From IMG/VR virus record IMGVR_UViG_3300049044_000095, positions 1 through 45,203 of that record: a DNA stretch of 45,203 nucleotides. One strand, given 5' to 3'. The stretch comes from a virus. Taxonomy: Duplodnaviria; Caudoviricetes. Of this stretch, positions 1 through 6,882 are shown piece after piece. Both the position numbers and the translations under genes were made by a program. The notes under the pieces are model-generated. The model saw nothing but the letters and a program-made list of their open reading frames with translations, made no database searches and was not told the origin of the DNA. The stretch's first letter is position 1. Each line of letters begins with the position of its first letter.

Positions 1-126
1 AGGCAGGGACACGAGAGGATCTCACCACAACCTCCTGGGATTTGCGGCGATTCATCAGTCTTCCTACCTCCTTCCCGGCAGGTCCCGATGGGAAACATTC
101 GACTAAAAGTTCCCCCGGAGCAATTT
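1..126. repeat. Terminal direct repeat, copy 1 (circular assembly overlap)
   Basis: 1-126 is identical to 45055-45180 and contains the 5' end of the TerS-like gene. Confidence 0.95.
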
Positions 127-209
127 TTGGGAGGGACGCGATGCAAGGGGGGTGGGTAGATTGCGAGACCCCCCTCCCCCCTATGCGAAATCCCCACGTC
201 GATCAAGGC

Positions 210-461
210 TCAAGCAACGAAGCCTTCAGGAGCCTCAACCTTTTTGTACACACCAATGACGTTCTGTTCCACGATCTCATCAATAGCTGATTCAATCGCT
301 TCGTTCTGTTGTTCTTCAGACAGTTCATGTGATGTGTAGGCGATGCGGGCCAGGAACTGTGGGGTGTAGTAACCAGCACGCGCGTCGTACGCTTCCCATT
401 CCTCGTACTGAGTGAAGGGATCGTAAGGATTGTCGATTGTGCTAAGCATGTGCAGCTTCAC
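210..461 (-). CDS. Small acidic hypothetical phage protein
   Basis: 83-aa ORF (MLSTIDNPYDPF...) directly after the polymerase gene, with GGAGG upstream; start codon uncertain. Confidence 0.75.
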   Translation of the reverse strand: MKLHMLSTIDNPYDPFTQYEEWEAYDARAGYYTPQFLARIAYTSHELSEEQQNEAIESAIDEIVEQNVIGVYKKVEAPEGFVA

Positions 462-465
462 TCAA

Positions 466-3114
466 TCAACCTCCCTCAATCGAGGACGTGAGTGTGGACA
501 CAGACACACCAAGTTGATCCGCAACCTGAGCCTGGGTGTACCCAAGTCTCAGCATGGTGCGTGCCCTAGACTGCATAGCTGCAGTCATGGTAGGACGTTC
601 TCTTGGTGTGGCCAGAGCCTTGACCTTGTCAAGGTCTGCATTCTCCAAGATCTGACGCAGTACGTTGGTGCTCACAGCACCAGCCTGGATGGCCGCCCAT
701 TCATGGGGGGTGATGTCAATTCGAATCTTACCAGCACCGGTTTTGATTCGAGCTTTAGTAAGTTCCTGACTTTTGATCTTCTTCAAGTCAGAAGCTTCCA
801 TGTTGGGATTGGCATCACGCTTTACCTGGACGGCGGCGTTTGCTAGAAGCTGGGCCTGTCTTTCGAGGGGCTTGTTCCTCAATGCCACGTTTAGTTTGGC
901 ACGGAGGGTTGTTACAGCATCCGCATAAGCCTTCTTTGCAGTAGGGCTGTACGGAACACCCTTCGTGTTGACCATCTCTTTGCGAGCCTGATTAGCCAAC
1001 GCCTTCAGACTGTTGGAGTGGTCAGCGTAGATCTTTTCGATAGGGGTGTGAGAAGACAGGGTGTGTGCATCATCGGTTTCAGCAAGACGCTTCGACTCGA
1101 TGGTCTTCTTTACTGTCTGGCCCTTGCTATTGACATAGGTTTCGCCAGTCGGAACATAGACCAGCTTACCAGTGCGCTTATCGATAGGGCCGCCCTCTGC
1201 TGCAGGACGACCCTTTCTTGCTTCGACTCGAACAGAAGAAGTTGCTCTCGACACCAGGGTAGAAGCGCCTGCCTTTGCACTACCCTGAAACTTTGCTTTG
1301 AGTTGGCTGATTCCGTTGTCGATTGCCGACTGTTTGTAGTTGAGCTTGTGCTTTTCCGCATCGATTACAACCATGGAATGGCGGACAGCACGAGCGAGCT
1401 CGGTACTGGTAGCGCCACGAATGGTCATGTCCGTGATGAGATTGGAGACCAATCCCATTTCGATCTGCTTCGTTCGGGGTGACATCACCTTCATACCCGG
1501 GTACCCAGGGTATGCACGCTGAGGATCGAACCCCTTCAAGCCATCCAAAGCTTCAGCAGTCTTGATCTTTCTGCTGTTGTTTGGAATGACCAGCACAGTG
1601 TCGCCGTCGAAGTCTGCGCCTGACAATCGCTCGGCAACCTTGGAGTTGATACCGACCGCATCTTTCGCCTGACCCAAAGACTTCTTGGCCTGTGGATGGC
1701 GATTGTTGACAGTCAGTTCAGGGATCTCAAACACGCCACCGTGTGGGTAGCGGATGAGAACAACCTTCTCTCCATCACGGAAGTTCGGTGCGTAGATCTC
1801 TTTCTCGGAAAGAGTATTGATCGGAAGGATCACACTCGATCGCTGACGGGGCAGAGCGGCTGCCTTGAGATGAACAGCAGCGGCATCCACGTCATCAGAG
1901 AAAGATTGCAGAAGCTTCTGACGAACAGTCGGGTTCGTCAACGCCATGATCTCGTCGAACTCAGCTTGCTTGCGTTCACGAGTAACAGCGAGCTGTTCTT
2001 TGGCAAGCTTCGGACTCTGCTTCGACAACATCTGAGACGAGAGGTTGCGTGACCAGGCGTCCCAGTCACCTTCCTCGTTCACGATGTTCATGACCGACTT
2101 GACTTTGCCAGTCTTCGGATCGATTCTCTGACGAACCGTGGCACCGAATGGATTCTCAGGATCGTCAGTCTTGAGCTTCTTCATGGCGTCGAGCTTGTTG
2201 CCGGTGCTGCTCTTGTTGGTGTTGAACATCAAATCCACACCATCCGGCAAGTCATCCTTGTACATAGCCATACCTTTGAGGTAGTGGCTGCCGTCCACGG
2301 CGATGCGAACCTGGGCATAGCGAGCGCCACCCAGGTCAGTGTCTTTCACGCCGGGACGAACGTAGATGACTCCGTCAGCATCAGCTCCACCCTCTTCGGC
2401 GTATCGGACTGCGACACGCTTACTGCTGATCGACATGGGCGGTTGCACAGAAATGTACGAACGGCCACCCGAATCAGAGAAGGAACCGATTTGCTGCACT
2501 TTGCCGCGGTTCTTGGAGACCTCAGAGTACGTGACGCCAGGACCGGCCAGGACCTTGACTGTGGTCTCTTTGCCGGTGCCAAGCTGAGGCACCTTGAGGT
2601 AGTGCTCGGTATAGCCCTGAGCCTTGAGCGCAGCCACTGCAGTAGCGAGCTTGGTCTGGCTGATACCGAGATGGTTCTCAACGCCGGCGCCGATGTCGAC
2701 GTACTGCTTCTTGGCTACCGCATCCTTGAGCATGTTCGTGGTGGCACCCAGAACATCAGCTCGATCCTTGACGCCTGGCGCAAGCAGTGCGCGAACCTGC
2801 GACTCGTTGATGCCCAGTCGAGCGCCGATCGCAACGTTGGACATGCCTTTGTCCTTGAGACGCTGCGCCATGTTGATGCGGTCTTGACGTTCCGCGGTCT
2901 TCGCGATGGACTTCTGGGCGCGCAACTCGCTGGTTGTCATGCCCAAGTATTCAGCGATCTTGGCTTCGCTCATCCCACCTTTGCGAAGCTCTGCTTCGAT
3001 ACCGAGGAAGTCCCGGTTGCTCTTCTTGTTCGCTTCACCCGAACCCCATGGGTAACGACCCGAGTGTCGAGGGGTTCCGTAGTGGAGAAGCGAATCGCCC
3101 TCAGAATCGATCAA
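466..3114 (-). CDS. Single-subunit two-barrel (YonO/QDE-1-like) RNA polymerase with N- and C-terminal HTH domains
   Basis: Catalytic SGADFDGD (nt 1600-1623) follows RYP; the ordered motifs ADGVI, QVR, LKGM, MGLVSN and VIDAEK match the cellular RdRP/YonO family; HTH-like segments GMSEAKIAEYLGM, GMSNVAIGARLGI and GYTQAQVADQLGVS. Confidence 0.8.
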   Translation of the reverse strand: MIDSEGDSLLHYGTPRHSGRYPWGSGEANKKSNRDFLGIEAELRKGGMSEAKIAEYLGMTTSELRAQKSIAKTAERQDRINMAQRLKDKGMSNVAIGARLGINESQVRALLAPGVKDRADVLGATTNMLKDAVAKKQYVDIGAGVENHLGISQTKLATAVAALKAQGYTEHYLKVPQLGTGKETTVKVLAGPGVTYSEVSKNRGKVQQIGSFSDSGGRSYISVQPPMSISSKRVAVRYAEEGGADADGVIYVRPGVKDTDLGGARYAQVRIAVDGSHYLKGMAMYKDDLPDGVDLMFNTNKSSTGNKLDAMKKLKTDDPENPFGATVRQRIDPKTGKVKSVMNIVNEEGDWDAWSRNLSSQMLSKQSPKLAKEQLAVTRERKQAEFDEIMALTNPTVRQKLLQSFSDDVDAAAVHLKAAALPRQRSSVILPINTLSEKEIYAPNFRDGEKVVLIRYPHGGVFEIPELTVNNRHPQAKKSLGQAKDAVGINSKVAERLSGADFDGDTVLVIPNNSRKIKTAEALDGLKGFDPQRAYPGYPGMKVMSPRTKQIEMGLVSNLITDMTIRGATSTELARAVRHSMVVIDAEKHKLNYKQSAIDNGISQLKAKFQGSAKAGASTLVSRATSSVRVEARKGRPAAEGGPIDKRTGKLVYVPTGETYVNSKGQTVKKTIESKRLAETDDAHTLSSHTPIEKIYADHSNSLKALANQARKEMVNTKGVPYSPTAKKAYADAVTTLRAKLNVALRNKPLERQAQLLANAAVQVKRDANPNMEASDLKKIKSQELTKARIKTGAGKIRIDITPHEWAAIQAGAVSTNVLRQILENADLDKVKALATPRERPTMTAAMQSRARTMLRLGYTQAQVADQLGVSVSTLTSSIEGG

Positions 3115-3671
3115 CCGTACACCTCCTCCTTCAGCTCTCTGATGCGACGATCCGCGTAGATGATCTTGCTCATGATGCTGGAGATCTCAAGTGGATCTGC
3201 AGCCTCGATTCGAACATCATCATTCTGGTAAATCCGAAGTTCGGTCTCGATCTCCGTGGGTTTGCACCCGTACTCGAGACAGAACAAAGCTGCATAGATT
3301 CGCAGCTGCATGAACTTCGTTTCGTTGATGCCCGTCTTGAGGTCGAAGATCCGGAGCAAGTTCTGGCGGAACGAGATGGCGTCGGCATGACCGAAGGCGT
3401 TCACCGAGTAGAACAAAGTCTGCTCGGGTTTCATGCGGAAACCGATACAGTCGTTGACGTATCGGTTCAGGGTCTGGCCGGTGTCAGGAAGCCTAACGCC
3501 GACTTCGATGAGACCCTGAGCGAGTTCGTGAAGCTTGGTTCCTCGTCGAGCAGCCATGTAGGCGTGAACGGCAGAGTCGAGTTTGACGTCGTCGTAGTTC
3601 ACCCAGTGATAGTTACTCGGACTGAGAAAGGCGTGCAGCCCTTCGAACTTCGAATGATCGTTGAAGCGCAT
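3111..3671 (-). CDS. PD-(D/E)XK (RecB/Cas4-like) exonuclease
   Basis: LSPS, RGTKLH, GHADAI, IFDLKTG and QLRIYA motifs. Confidence 0.8.
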   Translation of the reverse strand: MRFNDHSKFEGLHAFLSPSNYHWVNYDDVKLDSAVHAYMAARRGTKLHELAQGLIEVGVRLPDTGQTLNRYVNDCIGFRMKPEQTLFYSVNAFGHADAISFRQNLLRIFDLKTGINETKFMQLRIYAALFCLEYGCKPTEIETELRIYQNDDVRIEAADPLEISSIMSKIIYADRRIRELKEEVYG

Positions 3672-3945
3672 CGAGAACTTCCTCTTCGTTGGAGGGATGG
3701 ACGAATGCAGCGAAGCCTCGGTCGTTCAACCAGTCAACGTAATGCTGCTGGTTTGGACCAGGACTAGCTGCTTCCTTCTCATCGCGCTTCACCTCGAGTG
3801 CTCCCCATCCATCAGGATGCAGGACCGTAAGGTCGGGGATGCCCTGGATGTACTGCTCGTCATTCTTCAGCACCATCGCATCCGGCCAACGGCTTTGGAT
3901 GCGTTTGATGAGCTGACTCTGGTACTGATTCTCTCGCTTACCCAC
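3613..3945 (-). CDS. VRR-NUC / Holliday-junction-resolvase-like nuclease
   Basis: E..Q near the N-terminus, GIPDL, ALEVKR and Q..Y motifs; GTG start chosen after GGGAGG. Confidence 0.75.
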   Translation of the reverse strand: MGKRENQYQSQLIKRIQSRWPDAMVLKNDEQYIQGIPDLTVLHPDGWGALEVKRDEKEAASPGPNQQHYVDWLNDRGFAAFVHPSNEEEVLDALQRSFEVRRAARLSQSE

Positions 3946-3995
3946 GACACCTCCCAAAATTAAAGCGCGAGAGTAGACACATCCTACTCCCTCCT

Positions 3996-4020
3996 ATTAT
4001 AGCCCATGTTTTTTCGCCTA
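3996..4020 (-). promoter_or_regulatory. Variant copy of the repeated phage promoter
   Basis: Minus strand TAGGC-GAAAAA-ACA-TGGGC-TATAAT: same ACA-N5-TATAAT spacing as the four cassette promoters, with a divergent upstream element. Confidence 0.6.
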
Positions 4021-4032
4021 GGTAGAAAGTTT

Positions 4033-4518
4033 TTATTCAATCCATTCGAAAAAGTCCATGGTCGGGAACACATACGTCATTTCGTGAGTCGCTCGAACCA
4101 CGTCGAGGTAGAGCAGACCACGGAGCGGAACAACATCCCACACACTTTCGAATTCCTCCCGAGTATTCCGATCTCGAATTGGAGGATATGTCTCGAACTC
4201 CATTCGAAACTGAGTGGTGTATTTGATGGAGAACCAACGAGGACGCCAGACCAAATTCTCGAAGTGGCAATTCTCTCGATCCGTGTCGAGTTGCACGACG
4301 GTGTCGAAGTAGTGATTGTGTGGTGGCGGTAGGAACGCCTCAGCAACCAGATGCGAGACCGCCCTGGTGTACTGTCTCTTGTCGCGCATTAGACCAACGG
4401 AGACTCGCTGGTTTCCTGTGTGGAAACGACGCATGATTCGATCGGTTTCGTCGTTTCTCACCAAACCCTGATCGCTCACCGAGTATCTCGGGAAGTCAGG
4501 GATTTGTGCCCATCTCAA
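4033..4518 (-). CDS. NUMOD4-domain protein with degenerate HNH
   Basis: WAQIPDFPRYSVSDQGLVRN (NUMOD4) and HLVAEAF; the HNH-like segment VVQLDTDRENCHFENLVW lacks the catalytic His. Confidence 0.75.
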   Translation of the reverse strand: MRWAQIPDFPRYSVSDQGLVRNDETDRIMRRFHTGNQRVSVGLMRDKRQYTRAVSHLVAEAFLPPPHNHYFDTVVQLDTDRENCHFENLVWRPRWFSIKYTTQFRMEFETYPPIRDRNTREEFESVWDVVPLRGLLYLDVVRATHEMTYVFPTMDFFEWIE

Positions 4519-4539
4519 GCTTGTTCCTCTCCCTCAGAT

Positions 4540-4695
4540 ACTTTGCCAAGATTTTTCGAAAAAAACTCTTACAGATTCTCTAGGTAGAAAGTATTATTAC
4601 TCTAGATTAGGTAGGTAGAAAGTAAAATATATAGTATATAATACTTTCTACCTAAGAAAACCTAAAGAGTTTTTTTCGAAAAATCTTGGCAAAGT
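4540..4695. repeat. AT-rich nested inverted repeat with iteron-like TAGGTAGAAAGT; candidate replication origin
   Basis: Perfect 31-bp arms at 4540-4570 and 4665-4695; inner perfect 16-bp arms at 4581-4596 and 4639-4654; a further TAGGTAGAAAGTA at 4612-4624; non-coding and very AT-rich. Confidence 0.85.
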
Positions 4696-4703
4696 TCCGA
4701 GAA

Positions 4704-5867
4704 TCACCAGAAATCGGACATACCAGACTGGTTGAAGTCTCGCTTCTCCTTCATCGCACGCCGGATCGACACGTCAATCATCGACTTGGACATCAACAAG
4801 TAGTAGTACAAGTCTGTGTACGGCGTATTGAGACGGTCGATCCGACCGAATGCTTGCTCCCACTGTTTGTACGAGTACGTCTGCGAGTAGAAAACCATCG
4901 CGTCCGTACGGGTACATTCCCATCCCTCAGCGCCGGCGGTGTACTGAACCAGGTAAATCCACGAGTCAGTTTCGGGAATCTGCTCGTGTTTGTGGCCGTT
5001 CCACTCTGCCATATGGGGGTGATCGAGCGTCCTTAGAAGCTCCAATTCGTAGTTGAAGTTGTAGAAGATGATCAGCCGGGGGTGCTTCTGCATGAGCTCC
5101 CGGACCCTTTCGAGCCGGCTCGGGTCCATGTTCGCGATCTTCCGCAGCAGCGCGTAGAACTCAGCGGCACCTCGCAACGGCTGCTCTTTGAACGGGTCCC
5201 AGCGACTCTTGATGACCAGCTTAGTCTGATCCTGAGAGTATTCGCAGGGTACGATAGAGAGATGCCTGGTCGTATGCCGCTCGTACGGCATGTCCACCAG
5301 GATCGCATTCCGCAATTTCATCAACTTGGACGTACCCAGGTAGTGAGAAACGACGGGAAACTTCATGTGCGGCTTGTAGACCACGTGCTCCGCTTTGAAC
5401 TCCGTGCGGTTCCGGTAGAAACCGTTGGCAACAAAAACGGGAATGTAGTCGAGCCAATTGTCGCCCGGAGTGGCGGACAAGAGAATCCAGGAATTGCTCT
5501 TGGTTAGTTTGAGGAAGTTCTTGACCCACCCACCTGATCCAACCAAGCGCTGTTCGTCGAAGATGAAGAAGGCGTTCGTCACTCGGGAGTATTTGCCGAT
5601 GTTGTTCCACGAATCGATCGTCAGTACACCATGCGCAGTCGAATCCGTGGATGTACCGATAGCAGCTGCGGCAAATTCGCGTTGCCAGTCGAGAGAGTCC
5701 CTCTTCTTCGCAGTGGTAATGACGTAGATGTCCTTCGGTGCCTCGCACTTCAAGTAGTACTTGACGGCGACAAAGCTCTTCCCGGCTCCCACCCCACCAC
5801 AAAGAATAGAGCCATTTCGAAGTCTCGACAGCGCGGACGATTGATGCGGCCGTAATTCTCGAGTCAT
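4704..5867 (-). CDS. Superfamily 2 DNA helicase
   Basis: Q-motif LRPHQ, Walker A GVGAGKS, DEQR, LSATP, AGAEG and QAFGRIDR. Confidence 0.9.
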   Translation of the reverse strand: MTRELRPHQSSALSRLRNGSILCGGVGAGKSFVAVKYYLKCEAPKDIYVITTAKKRDSLDWQREFAAAAIGTSTDSTAHGVLTIDSWNNIGKYSRVTNAFFIFDEQRLVGSGGWVKNFLKLTKSNSWILLSATPGDNWLDYIPVFVANGFYRNRTEFKAEHVVYKPHMKFPVVSHYLGTSKLMKLRNAILVDMPYERHTTRHLSIVPCEYSQDQTKLVIKSRWDPFKEQPLRGAAEFYALLRKIANMDPSRLERVRELMQKHPRLIIFYNFNYELELLRTLDHPHMAEWNGHKHEQIPETDSWIYLVQYTAGAEGWECTRTDAMVFYSQTYSYKQWEQAFGRIDRLNTPYTDLYYYLLMSKSMIDVSIRRAMKEKRDFNQSGMSDFW

Positions 5868-5900
5868 GCATTACCCCTCCGTAAAAGATAAGACAAGTAA

Positions 5901-5930
5901 AGCGGGAGCTCCCCGAAGGGAACCCCCGCT
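5901..5930 (-). terminator. Putative intrinsic terminator or hairpin
   Basis: Intergenic AGCGGG...CCCGCT stem with a T-rich run following on the minus strand. Confidence 0.5.
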
Positions 5931-5946
5931 CACCTGCGAAGATGTA

Positions 5947-6084
5947 CTACGCGTTCGGGTTGTAGTTGTCCGACGTGTGGCAGGTCTCGCGACCGCAGTC
6001 GACTGCCTTGTCGTGGATGACCTCGCCGTTCGGAAGGGTCAACTCGGTCCACTGGCACGTGGGCGGTTGCGTGTGCTTACGCAT
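5947..6084 (-). CDS. 45-aa Cys/His microprotein (paralog A)
   Basis: Manual translation MRKHTQPPTCQWTELTLPNGEVIHDKAVDCGRETCHTSDNYNPNA; homologous to the adjacent ORF. Confidence 0.7.
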   Translation of the reverse strand: MRKHTQPPTCQWTELTLPNGEVIHDKAVDCGRETCHTSDNYNPNA

Positions 6085-6089
6085 GAGAC

Positions 6090-6212
6090 CTACTTCAACT
6101 TGTCGGAGGTGGGGCAGTCAGGATTGCCGCAGTCGACCTTGTCGTGCAAGGTTGTTCCGTCGGCGAGTTCCAGCTGAACCACCGTACAGCTCGGTGGCGT
6201 CTTGCGCTTCAT
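6090..6212 (-). CDS. 40-aa Cys/His microprotein (paralog B)
   Basis: Manual translation MKRKTPPSCTVVQLELADGTTLHDKVDCGNPDCPTSDKLK; purine-rich RBS GAGGGGGAGAG. Confidence 0.75.
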   Translation of the reverse strand: MKRKTPPSCTVVQLELADGTTLHDKVDCGNPDCPTSDKLK

Positions 6213-6230
6213 CTCTCCCCCTCAGGAGCG

Positions 6231-6713
6231 TCAGACCCGCTCGTCCATGTTGCAGTCCTCGAGCTCGCTCCGCATCATGAGTCCCTGGCCGGCGATGAAG
6301 ACGGGCTGAACGACGTTGTGCTTCTCGCCGTACGGACCGTCCTGGTTGTCCCCGGAGATCTTGCCGCACTTGGTGCAGCGGAACTCGATCAGCTCGTCGG
6401 TGGTGAACGTGTGGCGGAACAGGAAGTCCGGGAAGATGTGGATCTCGCCGCGGAGCATGACCAGCCAGTCACCGCGCTCGATGGCCTTGCGCTCGACCTC
6501 GTCGCCGCGCTTCAACGGCACGAAGATGTAGTACGTGCGGTTGAGGTCGCTCTTCTGGCGGATCTCGGTGGTGAACGTGATCGCCAGATGACCGATCGTC
6601 TTCTCGGTGACCTGGATCGCACCAGTCTCCAAGTCGAACATGTTGTTGCGAGCCGTCAGCAACTGCAAGCTGCCGAAGTCCGTGTTGGTCGCGTCGTAAC
6701 CCATCTCGCGCAT
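6231..6713 (-). CDS. Hypothetical protein with GDWLV-type domain and CxxC
   Basis: ATG at 6713 after AGGAG; contains GDWLV...IHIF and CTKC. Confidence 0.7.
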   Translation of the reverse strand: MREMGYDATNTDFGSLQLLTARNNMFDLETGAIQVTEKTIGHLAITFTTEIRQKSDLNRTYYIFVPLKRGDEVERKAIERGDWLVMLRGEIHIFPDFLFRHTFTTDELIEFRCTKCGKISGDNQDGPYGEKHNVVQPVFIAGQGLMMRSELEDCNMDERV

Positions 6714-6723
6714 TGGAGTCCTC

Positions 6724-6879
6724 CTAGAACTCGAGTCTGCCGATGTTGATAACACCATCGACGTATACGGAGCCGTTCGTGTCGCACGGCTTCTTGTCTT
6801 TACAGATCTTTCCAAGACTCCCGGTGTGGTTACACCACGAGATGAGACCACACCGGGAGCAGGACTTTTCGATCGTCAA
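6724..6879 (-). CDS. Possible 51-aa Cys-rich protein
   Basis: TTG-start ORF MTIEKSCSRCGLISWCNH...C...C fills the gap exactly, but the RBS is weak and it overlaps a 13-bp inverted repeat. Confidence 0.4.
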   Translation of the reverse strand: MTIEKSCSRCGLISWCNHTGSLGKICKDKKPCDTNGSVYVDGVINIGRLEF

Positions 6880-6882
6880 AGA

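Noticed and set aside
1-126. Biological terminal repeat
   Set aside because: It starts mid-gene and its length is typical of assembler overlap, so it is treated as a circularisation artefact
161-172. TTGCGAGACCCC, shared with 18480-18491, as another cassette promoter
   Set aside because: TCGCA is present on the minus strand, but ACA and TATAAT are missing at the required spacing
466-3114. RNA-dependent RNA polymerase or an RNAi-like role
   Set aside because: The motifs are shared with cellular RdRPs, but the characterised phage member YonO is DNA-dependent and nothing here points to an RNA template
3111-3671. Cas4-like nuclease as evidence for a CRISPR system
   Set aside because: No repeat-spacer array or other cas genes, and no four-Cys Fe-S set; solo PD-(D/E)XK exonucleases are common in phages
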